Shown: positions 1 to 12,540 of the stretch, piece by piece | Numbering within the stretch: position 1 is the first letter of the stretch | Layout: each line of letters opens with the position of its first letter | Assembly: GCA_028534125.1 (NCBI GenBank) | Contig: CM052816.1 | Span: forward strand, 98,210,001 to 98,274,000 | Reading direction: 5' to 3' | Length of the DNA: 64,000 nucleotides | Source of the DNA: Lama glama | Lineage: Eukaryota | Program-made: the position numbers and the translations under genes | The notes under the pieces: model-generated | What the model was told of the DNA's origin: nothing | The model's input: only the letters and a program-made list of their open reading frames with translations | The model's database searches: none

Positions 1-541
1 AACCCGGCTTGCTTTCCTCTTTCTTTCCTGCTGTGTTTGTGGTCTCTCCCCTGCTCGCTGGCAAGCTCCGCGAGGAGGGTTCCATGTTTGGTTCATCCAG
101 CGGACCTGGGACATGCACACAAGGTTGAGTGAACAGTGTCCCGAGTCAGCTGCAGGACTCCAGTGCTCCCTGGCTGCTTTCCTGTCCGGGTCACAGAGGC
201 TCCCTGTCTTCACCCCGCCCCGCGCCTGTGGGGCCGCACAGGTGGAGGCAATACGACCTGGCGGCACCGAGTTCCAGGGCTGGGACAGCTGGTGTCTGGA
301 AAGAGCAGTTATTCTCTTTTATTTGCCTCCTTATTTTGCTTATTTCCCAAGTAATTTCTCTGTCGTTTATAGTGGATGCACCATGAGTCCAGGTCTCTTA
401 ACCTGAAAGGCCAGGAGAGGATGTCTCCCCAGCGCCGGGTGGGTTGGTGTTGGTCCAGCTGAGTGTGACCTCAAGCACTGCCCAGGGCTGGAGTGGGCCG
501 CGCCCGGACAGAGGCGGAGGAGCCCCACGGTCACACTGGTG

Positions 542-757
542 AGGGTTTCTCAGCCGCGGCGCCGTGGCCATCTCGGGCTGGATAAATCTCTGCTGCAGGG
601 TCAGTCTTGTGTGTTGCAGGGTGTTCAGCAGCGTCCCTGGCCTCCAACAGCACATGCCACTAGGAGCCCCCGCCAAAGCCAATGCCTATCAGAATGCCTC
701 TGGATATTACCCAGTGTTCCCTGGGGGGGACGTAACGGCCAGCTGTGAGCCAGCGCT
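542..757 (-). mobile_element. MER20 (hAT-Charlie MITE), near full length
   Basis: Collinear with the reverse complement of the recalled MER20 consensus: AGGGTTTCTCA...GGATAA...CAGCAGCGTCCCTGGCCTC...CCCTGGGGGG. Confidence 0.85.
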
Positions 758-2170
758 TTAATTACACGTGTAGGTTAATGCTGATTGTGGGGTGGAGCCT
801 CGAGCACCCCTCTTCCCACAAACACCCCTTGCTTCCATGGGTCCAGCTGATGCTTTTCTCCAGAGCCCTCCTGCCAATGGGACTTTAAGAGCAACACAGA
901 TTATCTTTGATGATTTAGAAGTATCGAACGGATAATTGTGATTCATGATTTTTTGTGTTTGCCAAACTTTTTACAGTTTTACAGCTATCGTCCAAGCAAA
1001 TTCCCCAGCCCAACTGGAGTCTGAGACGTTTATCATGAATGTGTCCATCATATGGATGGAAAAGCCAAGTCCTGGAAGGGTCAGGAAGCAGTACCGGGGC
1101 AGAGACCGCTAGGCACTGACACAGACCTAGATCCCAAGCTCCACAAAGCCACTAGACTTGTCTGTTCATTTGTTTATTCCTTTAACACCTTTTTTTTTTT
1201 TAACATCTAGGTTATTTCATTTAATTATTCCCTTGTTGCTTCTACAGATTGGCTATCTAATAGCTTGTGTTAGGGAATGCTGTCCCCTGAACAGTGTGCA
1301 CCGAATCCGGGCTTTGCTGCAGGTTTGAGTTGGGTATTTTTATCCTTGAAAATAAACAACTGGATTCAACACACTTGAATCTCAGAATCAGCTTTTGCAA
1401 AGAAGAGGTATCATTTTGGGGAAGGCTGCAGATGCAAATGAGGACTTGGCAGGCGGAGGTGGACCGGCTAGGGAGATGGGACAGTGGACAGAAAGTCACC
1501 ATGGGGCCCTGCGAGATGTTCCAGCTGTCGCGTGTTTGTGCAGATTCACAGCCAGCAGTGGGCTGGGAAGCAGGGCCACCATGGGGCTCCTCCGGAAGTG
1601 TGATGACTCCCCTGCTCAGCCTGTGGCTGTACCTGCATCTGTTCAGTGGGATGCGTGGGCAATGCAGTTGCCAGGGAAAACAGTGACAAGAAAATGCATC
1701 CCCGAAGAGAGGGCGGTGGCTTGACTTGGGAGCCGTGGGGTCTTGGCAGCAGAGAAGACGAGAAGAGAGTGAGCTGGGGACGGGGTGATGGAGTGATGGA
1801 GTGATGGATAGCCTGTTAACACACACACTAAACCCGAATTAAAGTCATTTGAGGGGAGCCTGCAGAGGCTTTGTTCTGACTGCCTGATTGAGATTCCCCT
1901 CTTCCAGCTATGCTGCTGGTACTTCTGCCTCCAAATGCGCCAACGCCCACGTGACCTGGGAGGAGCCCCACACCTGGGTTCTCACTACCTTGAATTAAGA
2001 CGGCAGGAGGGTCAGCTGCAGTGCTGGGCGATTTCTCAGAGATTGCTTCTGTTATAATGCATTTCATAAGCATATCAGCTCTCACCTGCTTTTAGGTTAG
2101 GCTGCAACATCTGGGTCCCAAAACGGGCCCTACTGGGGAGCTGCTCTCAGACCATTTCCTCTTGAGCAAT

Positions 2171-2610
2171 GTATTAGTCTCTGGATGCTGCCTTAACAAA
2201 TTACCATAAACTTATAGTTTCAACTAACAAAAATTCTCTCCCCGGTCTGGAGGCCACAAGCCCACAGCTAAGATGTCAGCAGGGCTGCACTCCCTCCAGG
2301 GGCTCCAGGGGAGGATCCTTCCTGGCCTCTTCAAGCTCCTGGTGGCCCTTGTGTCCCTTGTGGCCAAGTCCCTCCAACCTCTGTCTCTGTCTGCACACGG
2401 ATTCTCCTCTTCTCTCTGTCTTCTCTGTGTGTCTCTTTTAGGACACTTGTCCTTGGATTTAGGGCCACCAGGATAATCTGGGATGAGGTTCCAATCTTGA
2501 GATCCATAACTGGAGTGTATCAATGCCCTTTCCTCAAATAAGGTCACAGTCACATGTTCCCAGGGTTAAGATGTGGACGTATCTTTGGGGGCCACCAGTC
2601 AGCACAACCT
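2171..2610 (-). mobile_element. MaLR solo LTR, MLT1B/C-like
   Basis: Hallmark MLT1 blocks: TGTATTAGT...AACAAATTACCA, CTGGAGGC...AAGATGTCAGCAGGGCTG and AAATAAGGTCACA...GGGTTAAGA...TTTGGGGGCCAC. Confidence 0.85.
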
Positions 2611-3399
2611 GCAATGATGCACCGAAAGGGCTTCAGCAAGGATGATAGGGTGTCTGCAGAGTTTCGCTGCACACCGTGCTCTCAGCCCAGACAGTCTTTA
2701 CTCCCAGGAGGACCTGATGGCCTCCTCTGACTTCCTGTCTTAGTGGAAAGGCTTCCGTGTCTCTGAGGAAACTTGTGTCTGGAGGGGCTGAGCCAGAGCT
2801 GCTGTCTGGACAAGTGGGGAAGAGAGCAGAGGGAAGGTGGGGTGTGAACTGACTGTGGGCAGCTGGCCTCACCCACATCTAGGACCACCTGCAGGTGGGG
2901 GTGTGTATCAGGAGCTGTGGCCTCGGCTCAGGAAGGTGAACAAACGTTCATGCCACCTGCTGATGAAGGAGGTGGCAGTGTGGTCGTCAGAGAAGACACG
3001 CCCAGCAGATGCGGAATGAGGTTGCCACCCACACAGTCCAACCCCCTGGTTCCTCCAGCCTGGTTCTGCTGAGGCCTGGAGGTGGGGAAGAGGGATGCAG
3101 AAGGCATGAAACTGTCCCCACGTGGGCCTGTCCACTCTGTCTGTCTATGGGCTCTCTTGGTTCATGGGGGATGGCTCAGAACAGAGCAGAGCCTCAGCAG
3201 TGGGACAGCCTGGCAGTCCCAGGTCCAGGTCCTCCCGCTCAGTCCCTCTAGGGGCCCACACTTTCCTCCTGGTCTTGAGGTTGACTTTCTGTAGTGATTA
3301 CCGAGTCTGTGTTACTTGCTGGGGAATTTGCAAAGCCCGTGGGTCAATGTTGCATCTTGACCTCTGCAGCATGGGCTCCACTCACAACTGTCTTCTTAC

Positions 3400-3520
3400 T
3401 TCCATTGCCCATTTGATGGGTAAAAAAACTGAGGCCCAGAAGGCACAAGAAGCTTGCTCCCAAATGCTGAGGTAGTAAGTTGAAGAGCCAGGATGCAACC
3501 CCAGATGATCACCCTTGAAG
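3400..3520 (-). mobile_element. MIR SINE fragment
   Basis: Antisense MIR core: CCCATTT..GATGGGTAAAAAAACTGAGGCCCAGA...GAGCCAGGATGCAACCCCAG. Confidence 0.75.
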
Positions 3521-4444
3521 TTCACACTTCCGCCCTCTACACGCAGCCTCAGGGCCACATGCTCCCAACAAGTCTGTGTGCAAACTCACCACAGGGCCTT
3601 CAGTTCTCTCTTGTGAGTCTGAGAGCATCTGTGAGTGAGTGCCTGTTCCAAGAGCCTCTCCGTTCCTTTTGCATTCTCTGTGCCTTCTTTACTAGCAGAC
3701 TGCATTTCCCATGAAAGTACACAGTGAATGCTGAATCAAAAGTAATTCATTGCAGTGTAGAAGAGGCTAATTCTATAATTTATCACAGCCATAGTTTCTA
3801 TATTTCAAATGAAGATTATAGTACTTGCCGCCTTGTAGCCTTAAATATGACACAAGAAATGTAAGTCCCAGCTCAAGTGAACTGCACTTGATGAAGAACC
3901 CAGGTGGGAGAAGATGAAACTGCCATTTGTAACTCTGTCATCAGGAAAATTCAGCTGAATTCCAGGGATAAACACAGTTCTATTTGGGGGTCTGGCTAGA
4001 AGTCCAGAAAGAAGATAATTCTGAGCCTTCATATCTGGGTTACCTCCTCACTTCTCACTGCAGCATCGGCTCCGCGGTAATGTGGTCCCAGATCATGAAG
4101 ATGTCAGCTCTAGAGCATGAATGGAGCTCATCAGCAGGGTCACCAGTTCCACTGCAAACCCTGCCCCCAGATCCCTTTTAGTGAGTGTCTGCCTGCTGCC
4201 TCTCTCTCTCTCTACTCACACCCCCACCCTCTTTCCCTAAGTGCATTTCTGTCAAAGAACTTTCTATGTGATATGTTCACAACATAAAAAGTAATAAATC
4301 AGAATCGGACTACTGCTTTTGTCCGAGAGATTAGTCTTTAAGTATTGGCATTTGTAACCTTAAGGAAGAGGCAAAACTCGTGAAGAGTCCAGAAAGCATG
4401 GTTCCTATGCGGACTGAAACTTTAACAAAAGACCACTGCAGCAG

Positions 4445-4550
4445 GGTGGTCCATGTGGTGGGAAGATACATATGGTGGGGTGGTCCATGTGGTGGGAAGA
4501 TACATATGGTGGGGTGGTCCATGTGGTGGGGAGGTCCATGTTGTAGGGAG
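4445..4550. repeat. G-rich minisatellite of 17-bp subunits (34-bp higher-order unit) running into the gap
   Basis: GGTGGTCCATGTGGTGG and GAAGATACATATGGTGG alternate, then degenerate copies continue up to the N-run. Confidence 0.9.
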
Positions 4551-5050
4551 NNNNNNNNNNNNNNNNNNNNNNNNNNNNNNNNNNNNNNNNNNNNNNNNNN
4601 NNNNNNNNNNNNNNNNNNNNNNNNNNNNNNNNNNNNNNNNNNNNNNNNNNNNNNNNNNNNNNNNNNNNNNNNNNNNNNNNNNNNNNNNNNNNNNNNNNNN
4701 NNNNNNNNNNNNNNNNNNNNNNNNNNNNNNNNNNNNNNNNNNNNNNNNNNNNNNNNNNNNNNNNNNNNNNNNNNNNNNNNNNNNNNNNNNNNNNNNNNNN
4801 NNNNNNNNNNNNNNNNNNNNNNNNNNNNNNNNNNNNNNNNNNNNNNNNNNNNNNNNNNNNNNNNNNNNNNNNNNNNNNNNNNNNNNNNNNNNNNNNNNNN
4901 NNNNNNNNNNNNNNNNNNNNNNNNNNNNNNNNNNNNNNNNNNNNNNNNNNNNNNNNNNNNNNNNNNNNNNNNNNNNNNNNNNNNNNNNNNNNNNNNNNNN
5001 NNNNNNNNNNNNNNNNNNNNNNNNNNNNNNNNNNNNNNNNNNNNNNNNNN
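4551..5050. other. Assembly gap (500 N)
   Basis: Run of N. Confidence 1.
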
Positions 5051-5207
5051 CATTGTTCATTAAATTCTCTTCTTAACTTACTCCTTCCAGGCAGAAGACA
5101 GTCTGCAATTAGCAATCCTATGCTATCCTGGAGCATTTCAAAGGCATTCTTTTCTAGAGAATCCAAAATAAAATATTTCATCAGGTGCAAGCCAATGATT
5201 GCACCAT

Positions 5208-5800
5208 TGTGGTCAGCTGTTGCTGTTTTGGCCATGTATTGCTGGGTAACAAACATGTAGTGCAAAACACTAAAACTACAGCTATTTTATTATCTCTTGT
5301 GGTTCTGCATGTTGGCTAGACTAGTGAGTGGGTCTGCTGGTCTTACTTTCAAGTAGTTGCAGTTTGATAGTGGCTGGGGCTGGAGCTCGAGGGAGGCTGA
5401 CCTCAGATGCTGGGGCTGATGGGCCTCTTTACCTCTCCATGCAGCCCCAGGATCCCTCCATGCAGCCCCTAAGTATCTCCGTGCAGCCCCAGGGTCCCGC
5501 CATGCAGCCCCAGGGTCCCTCCATGCAGCCCCAGGGTGTCTCCTAGTAGCTCCTGGGTCTCTCCAGCCACGTAGCTGAACGAAGCCACATGGCTTCTCAA
5601 GGCTTCCAAGAGCACAAAAGCAGTAGCTGCCAGGCCCCCCTGAGGTTTTGACATGGAACTGGTACAGTGTAACTTCCAAAAAATTATTTTGGATAAAATG
5701 AATGATAGACCAGCTCTGATTCATGGTGGAAGGACTACATAGGGGTGTAAATATCAGGAAAGCAGCTTATGTGGGGCCAGCTTTGGAGATTAGCTATCAC
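5208..5800 (-). mobile_element. Old MaLR LTR (MLT1G/H-like) containing an internal VNTR
   Basis: TATTGCTGGGTAACAAAC near the start, GGCTGGGGCTGGAG, GAACTGGTACAGTGTAACTTC, and a TGGGGCCAGCTTTGGAGATTAGCTATCAC end typical of MLT1. Confidence 0.7.
5435..5560. repeat. 21-bp tandem repeat, about 6 copies (consensus CTCCATGCAGCCCCAGGGTCC)
   Basis: Units start at 5435, 5456, 5477, 5498, 5519 and 5540; the last is degenerate. Confidence 0.9.
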
Positions 5801-5887
5801 GACTTGTTATCACTTGGATTTAGGAAAACAGTGATGGATCCTGCTTCTGGGACAGATGTGGGTGTTTCACGGGAGGTAAAATGCCAT

Positions 5888-5921
5888 GTGCTCACTCGGC
5901 AGCACATATGCTAAAATTGGA
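5888..5921 (+). pseudogene. RNU6 (pseudogene fragment): 3'-truncated (tailless) U6 snRNA retropseudogene, about U6 nt 1-35
   Basis: GTGCTCACT-CGGCAGCACATATGCTAAAATTGGA compared with the U6 5' end GTGCTCGCTTCGGCAGCACATATACTAAAATTGGA. Flanked by the direct repeat GGAGGTAAAATG(C/A)CA starting at 5872 and 5919. Confidence 0.9.
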
Positions 5922-7109
5922 GGTAAAATGACAGGCAGGTTTTCTGTCTACATAGTCACTTCATGTGTGACTTCCGAGACGAGGCACAATAATTTGTAAC
6001 TAAACACCATGTTCCTGTGATTAAAACAAAAATGACTTCAGGAGACCCAAGGGTGTCTCGGAGTATCTGCTGTCACTTGCAGAAGCTTTTAGTGTTCGGG
6101 TCACAAATGGCAGGATACGGGCAATTCTCGTTAGCATCATCTGTGTCTGGGTTAACCCTTTCCTCCCCCTGGTCTGTGAAGGCTTCGAAAGGTGCCAGTC
6201 AGAGCGGTTGGCTGTTGCTTTGCTCCCGCTTTGGGCTTGTCCTGATTGCTAGCTTGTAGTTCACCTGCAGGTTGTAGATAAGGTTGGGGTGGATAAGCAT
6301 CAAATTCAGCTCTATTTGTGTGGGCGGCAGTCCTCTTTGGGCAGATACGGGACTCTACGCAGCATTCTTCTCAGGGCCAGATCTGCTGAGACAGAGGCTG
6401 AGTATGTGCGTCCTGAGGAACGTCCTAGAAGCCCCAGCTGTGCCGTCCTCCTGTCTAGCTGAGGGGCACGCCATTCATGCTCACGTGCGTCAGCGTGGTC
6501 CACGTATACAACGCTGACAGTCATGCACTGAGTGACCAGCCTTCCTGTTTAAGGAAGAGTTGGCATGCTGCAGTTCTTTTAAATTGCTGGTGAGACGCTG
6601 GGCAGAACTAGATCACTAATAACAGTGCTGTTACCTTTCAGGAAGTCCCACCTGAATGAAGGTCTAAACTAATCACCCCAAGGTGTTACGTTCATTTACG
6701 ATTCTTACTGCGACCTGGCAGAGGTCGGGCAGTCCCTGTGCTGGGTACGAAGGGGAGCAGAGCAGGGCAGGTTCCAGGGAGCAGGGGGCTGTTGCCTATG
6801 CCCTGAAGGGCCCACACCGCTGGGCAGGCAGACGGGGAGCGGAGTGTCCGGGGAGGACTGGGGCCCACGGGCGTTGCAGAGTTACTGCACGTTCTGGCTT
6901 CTGGTGCCCTGGTCCCTTCCTCTCTCTCTGCACACTACAGCCTTTCCTCGCTGGCTTTCTTATCCAGCATGGCTGAAATGACCTCTGACTGGTGGCATAG
7001 CCTGCCAGTTATGTGTAAGTGGGTTGAACAATGTCCCTTCCCCTCTGGGGTCTGAACTTATTAAGAAATAGTCATATGAGCCAGACAGGAATCCAACATA
7101 CTATTATTA

Positions 7110-7262
7110 AGATACTAGTAATTGCAAACCCCTATGCAATGTTTGTGAAGGCCAAGCGTTCTTACAGACTCATGTCACATCCCAGCAATTTCAGGAATTA
7201 GATGTGGTCACTCTCCCCATGTCACCCTGGGACCACCAAGGCACGGGGAAGTCACTGACTCT
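7110..7262 (-). mobile_element. Degenerate MIR
   Basis: Weak antisense MIR pattern: ...CCCCATGTCACC...CCAAGGCACGGGGAAGTCACTGACT. Confidence 0.45.
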
Positions 7263-10200
7263 CTGGAAGAGAGACCGCTAGGCAGCCCGTTTTGCCAGGC
7301 ATGGATACCCAGGTGTGTACAGGTGCGTGGCTCATGCGAGGCCACGCAGGCGGAGCCGGGCAAGCTGCAGGGCTGGGCGACGCTGGGCCTCAGAGTCTGC
7401 TCTCTTCCCCTTTGCGCCAATTCCTCTGGCCCCGTCCACTTGGAGCAGAGCAGCGGGAGGAGGCAGGGCTCCCGCACCGGGCATGGCAGGCCTTGCGGTC
7501 GCTGAAGAACAGAGGAAAATGCCGGCCGCTCCTGGGCAGACAGCTCGAAAAGGGCCTGTGCTGATGTGACGGGCCAGGAATTGCAGGGGCTACTCCTAAC
7601 TAGCCACTTTCTTTCTGGGGACAAGTGAGGAGGGAATGGAGAGTGAGAAGGAAGAGTAAGTTCTCTCCATCCGTACCTGGAAGGAAGAGGGGTAATCAGC
7701 ATTTTGTTAGTGATTCTCCATCGTGGACGGTTCCCACCAGAGCGAGCTTCTCGGGAGAGACCTCTCCTTGCTTCTCTCCACACCCAGTCAGGGAGGTGAG
7801 AGCAGGACGCAGCAACTGCAGCAGCAGGTGGAGTAAAGCCCAGCGCCCGAGCAAGGGCCTGTCTCTGAGACGTCGCTTCCTGTGACCGGACAGCTGCAGT
7901 CATGGCCGGGGACGCCCAGGGTTCCAGGCGCGGAGGCAGAAGGGTTAGTGGGGGGGGGTCCAAATTTCAGCTCCCATTTGTGATTTCTGAACTTCGAGCT
8001 GGGCTGCAGAAATGGCTCCCAAGTATTCTCTCCATCTTTTATTTTCTTGCAGATGGTGCAGCCCGTACCCAGGAAGTGCCTGCTCTGTCTTAGTCGCAAT
8101 AGGATATTTCCATAGGCACCAGCTCTTTTTTTTTTTAAGTTAAATGCCTTTTAGCATCAAACACTTCATAAAGCTGGCATCGGGGAACAGGATCAAGGCA
8201 AATAGTGTTATAAAAGGTTTTAATTATTATGCTATGAGGTCATAGGTGGACTCAGAGAATAGCTGATTCCATGCGGAAATGGGCTGCCTTTGGAATTCTC
8301 CTGTATATTCAAGAGTCATCCGTGTGACTAAAAACTTACTCACTGTAACCCTTTTGTAATGTAGTTCAAAGAAATCATGAAATAAAAGGCATTTGGTATT
8401 TAAAAATGCTGAGTCTGACCTGGGAGACATGCATGAGGGCTCTTTCTGCACAGCCATTGCTTCTAAGGATTTCAGAGACGAAGCTGCTGGTTCTCCTGAT
8501 GTGATGGATTATGAGCAATTACTCCCGGGGCGGCCCTGGCCCAAGCACCCTCTGCAGCATGCTCTTCCAGCTGCCCTCCCCGCCGTGCTTGTCCTGGCGG
8601 AGCCGTGAGCTCGTTCAGACCGTTCGTGCTGTGCTGGCCCACCTGCGTCTCATTTTGGGGGTGGCAAACTGTAGCCCCCCCAACCCCATGAAGGTCTCAG
8701 CCCCTGGGATTCTCAGCTTGGGACACCCTTCCTGGATGGCTTCCCCGTGGCCTTCCCAGTGCCCCCTCTGCCCTCCAAACAATCGTCCTTTCTTGGAAGA
8801 AGGTTCGCGTTGAGCTGCCCTCTGTTAACTCCTGGGTTTGTCTGAGTTGGCTTTCTCCTCTCCACTAAGTCTTGTGCTGAGTCCCCGTTGCTCTGCCGTG
8901 GCTCTGTTAGTGGCCACGTGGTTGTGGTCATAGTTCTCTTCAAAGTCACGCCCACTGTCCTGGAGAGGCTCGGTGTGAGCAGCCCGTCTCAGCTGGCTCA
9001 TTTATTGAGAGCACAGGTTCATGGGACCAGGGAAGGGTGTGCGGTGTGTGCAAGGATTGCCCAGGTGGAGAGAAAACAAGGGGAGAAGAGTGGAATGTAT
9101 GAAGGACTTTGCACAAGGAGAGAGATATTTCATAATTTCTCAATAAATGAGATCTAGAGCTAAAAATAACACAACGTATTAAAATGCCATTAATATAAAT
9201 GATTATAAATGAAATAACATAATACATTAAAATAATGATTTTTTTTAACGTTATGTGATTCTAACAGAAAGATCTTGCAGTAGTAAAGAAAGTAAAGAAA
9301 GGGTCCACTATGACTTTGGTCTATAGGGTCCCATCAGTTCTGTGAGAGCAGATCCCCTCACCCACTAAAAGGTTACGCGGGCAAGTATTCTGGTTGTTTT
9401 GGTATATTTATTTTTATTTGCTTACTTTGTTTTGTTAAATGTGATGCAGAACTTCTAAGTGTTTTGAGGATTATGTCTTACCTGGGACTTAGCTAGAGCA
9501 AGCTCAGACTGCCTAGGTTTACCCAGGAGAACGAGGAAGAAGCCAGGAGACCCATGGAGGGCAGGGAGCCCTGGTGTGCAGAAGTGTGGGGATGCAGGCC
9601 ACAGAGCAGGTCAGCTGAGAGCGTCTGAGACAGGATGCTGTCAATGGCAAAGCGAGGAGGGAAGACTGAGCTGCTGTGTCCTGGGCTTTCTGTGAGGTTT
9701 ACACTCTGTTTGATTAACATTCAAAGCAAACACACTAGACGGTGTAGAACTCTAGAGCTGAATTTTAACAGATTGCCTAATATGTATACTCTCTTTTTAC
9801 CTGAAGCAATAAATAAGCCGTGATCTCGGATGTGCCTGAAAAAAAAATACAATATAATAAAGTTGTTTTTTAATCAAATCACAAGGCTCCTGCCCAAGTT
9901 GGAGCTCTCAGAGTCCAGGTGGTTCAAGGTCTGTCCTGAAAGTCCTCTGACTTTCTGATTTCTTTAAAAGAAACAAACACACAAAAACCAAGTCCCTTCC
10001 ACCGCCAGCTGGTTGGAATGCCTGTGCAGCGCACTGAGCATCAGGTCCTCCACAAATGCCTGGCGTGGGGTGTAGGGTGAACGTAGTCCCAGGGGCTGGG
10101 CGTGCCCACGTCCAGTCACCTTCTCAACTGCCAGGGCTCACAGCTCACCAGAAGCTGAGATTCCGTCTCTCCTTGGGCGAGGGGTCGAAGCTAAGAAATG

Positions 10201-11339
10201 TGGACGTGCTCGTTGCTATGAAAACATCTGTCTGAAGCCTGCAGAACTGACTGCATCTTGAAAGGGGAGCGGCACTAGTTTCACTGAAGGAAAACTGTGT
10301 ATTTTAGACTTCAATGCCATTCTCAGAAGGGTGCATTTCTCCCCGGTTCTTTGGACGGCACGTGGCACAGGATCGATTATACCACAATGCCAGCAATCTT
10401 GTGGAGATGTGGGGAGATAATTTTTTAAAGTCTCCCATGACATGAGCAAGATGGTCTGTCAGCAGAACTTGCCAGTTACTTTGCAGCGTCTTTCCTTCCT
10501 CGACAGCGCTTTGACGCCAGTCATGCCCTCGCTGGGTTTTAGGCATGTACTACAGTAAATCGAGGACACTTCCTGGAGAAAGCGCTTTAATTAAACTTGG
10601 AAGCAGAGAAAATATAAAATTTGTAAGCTGTGGTAGAAGTGCATGCCGTTCAGGTCACCAGGTGGTACTTGCAACTATTTCCCCACCTGGAGCCGGAAAG
10701 CACACGTGCAAATGTGGGTAATTTGTCTAGGAGAGCAGTCCTGCTAGAACAAGGCTGTGCGTTTCAAAGGAGCCTGTGCTGCTGGGAGAAGACGCTCTGA
10801 AATGACTGCTTGCCCACTTGCTCCCCCACATTAGCCCCCTGCCTCTGCCTGGAAGCCCTCTGATGGGCGCTATACAATAATGAAATTACAGCTGCCGGGC
10901 TCAACAAAGCAGCCCCGTCCCAGCTCCGGGCGATGGCTTCTCACAGGCGTGGTGCCAGGTGCTGTTTCCGCCCTTCCCACCAGGGCTCTTTGTCTCTCAC
11001 GGGCGCCCACTCACGCACGCCCGTCACCGGCTTTCGGGCCGCTTGCCGCGCACACGTCCCCTGACTGTTCTCGTCTCCTGTGCCTTTTAGCTCCAGACGT
11101 TTCATCCCCATCTGCTCTAGCTAGACTCTCTCTCATCAAATTGAAAGCCCCTCCAAATTATTTCCTAACATTTCCCCTAATTGCCAGTCTTTGGAAAGCT
11201 GGCTACCCATTTGAAGTCTCTTTTTATCCTGGCTATCTGCAGAAAACATCTTTTTCTGACGTTACCGAAATAACCAGTTTCAGTGCTAATCACTGGGGCT
11301 GCCTAAGGTAGCTCCAGGCTGGAAACGAGAATCAGCTTC

Positions 11340-12540
11340 TCTCTCTCTTCCTCCTCTCTCCTTCCCTCCTGTCCTTTCTTCCTTCTTCTCATTGCCTCCT
11401 TCTTTCCTCAAACATTGACTGAGGGTCTGCCATGTCTCAGCATCTATCATAAGCACTGAAAATACAACAGTGAACAAAACAAAAAAGAAGTTTCTTCATA
11501 CATCTTGCATTTTAAAGGAGTGAAAAGAGCAATAACCGAAAAACATGGTCGTATAACGTAACATATAACATACATGTATAGGTGTGTATTGTAGAGTGAA
11601 CGTACGTATATGCATATAGATGACACACACACATAATATGCAGGCATATGCAGTATAGTGAACATACATGTGTGTATAGGTGACATAAATTACATATAAC
11701 ACATAGGTGTGCATAGTATAGTCCATGAACATGTATGTGTACAGATGACACAGAGACATGGGTGGAGGGACACATAGATACCCACGAAGTGGCCTGTCTG
11801 GAGCAGGGAAGTGTGTTGTGCGCTGAGCAAGGCTCGGTTGGAGGGGCAGGAAGTGCAGGTGGAGATGATCATGTCCTGGGTTGCTCCTGATGTACCCAGA
11901 GGATGGGGAGGGATGAGCTATGGGTTTGGGTGTGGGAAGAGCTCTCCGGGCAGTGCCACAGAAGGTGACAGGAGGTGCTGGTCACTTTTGAGGATGGGGT
12001 GAGCCAGGAGGCAAATGAAGGGGAAGTTGGGAAGGTGGGGGCGTGTGCTGCAGGGGTTTGGTCCTCAAGACAAGACCGTAGCTTTTCCTGGGAGGGAGGC
12101 AGGAAGCCCCGGGAGTGAGTGGATTTGACTTCACACAGTGGCCGTGTGAAGAATGGACTCAGGGGTCAGCGACAAATGAGGGGAACAAAGTGGGAGACTG
12201 AGTCAGCACTGCAGGTGGGAATGAGTGTGGGCTGGACCAGGATGGGGGTGATGGAGGGGCTGTACCAGACACACGATATATTCGGAAGGAAAGGCTTGGA
12301 GTGGGTGAGGAGGGTGGGAGAGGAGGAAGAGAAGTCAAAGACAGCTGCAGGGTTTGTGAATGCACCAAGGGAATTAGAGCCACTGACTTGGGGAAGACTG
12401 CAGGAAGACCAGCTTAGGTTGAACGAGTGGGCCAAGGGGAACGCAGACGTTCGTTCTGGGACATTTCAAGGTTGCGTGTTCACTAGGTAGCTGTGCACAG
12501 AGACTGAGGTTCAGAGGAAGATGGACCTGATGGCTACAGG
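11340..12540 (-). mobile_element. L2 LINE 3' region with pyrimidine-rich tail, interrupted by low-complexity DNA
   Basis: CAAACATTGACTGAG...AAGCACTGAAAATACAACAGTGAACAAAAC (antisense L2 3' end), followed by a purine-rich L2 body (GAAGAGAAGTCAAAGA...GAGGTTCAGAGGAAGA). Confidence 0.75.
11550..11780. repeat. Degenerate (TA/CA/TG)n low-complexity tract
   Basis: Stretch of mostly alternating purine-pyrimidine dinucleotides. Confidence 0.8.

Noticed and set aside
4331..5265. Long ORFs (207-286 aa) around the first gap
   Set aside because: Artefacts of the 500-N run and the minisatellite.
5290..5724. 144-aa ORF with PGAAWRD repeats
   Set aside because: Translation of the 21-bp VNTR inside an MLT1 LTR.
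7208..7963. 251-aa minus-strand ORF
   Set aside because: GC-rich and stop-poor sequence with no recognisable domain; it overlaps a MIR remnant.
8028..8060. Strong acceptor TTTTATTTTCTTGCAG|ATGG
   Set aside because: No convincing downstream donor or sustained reading frame was found.
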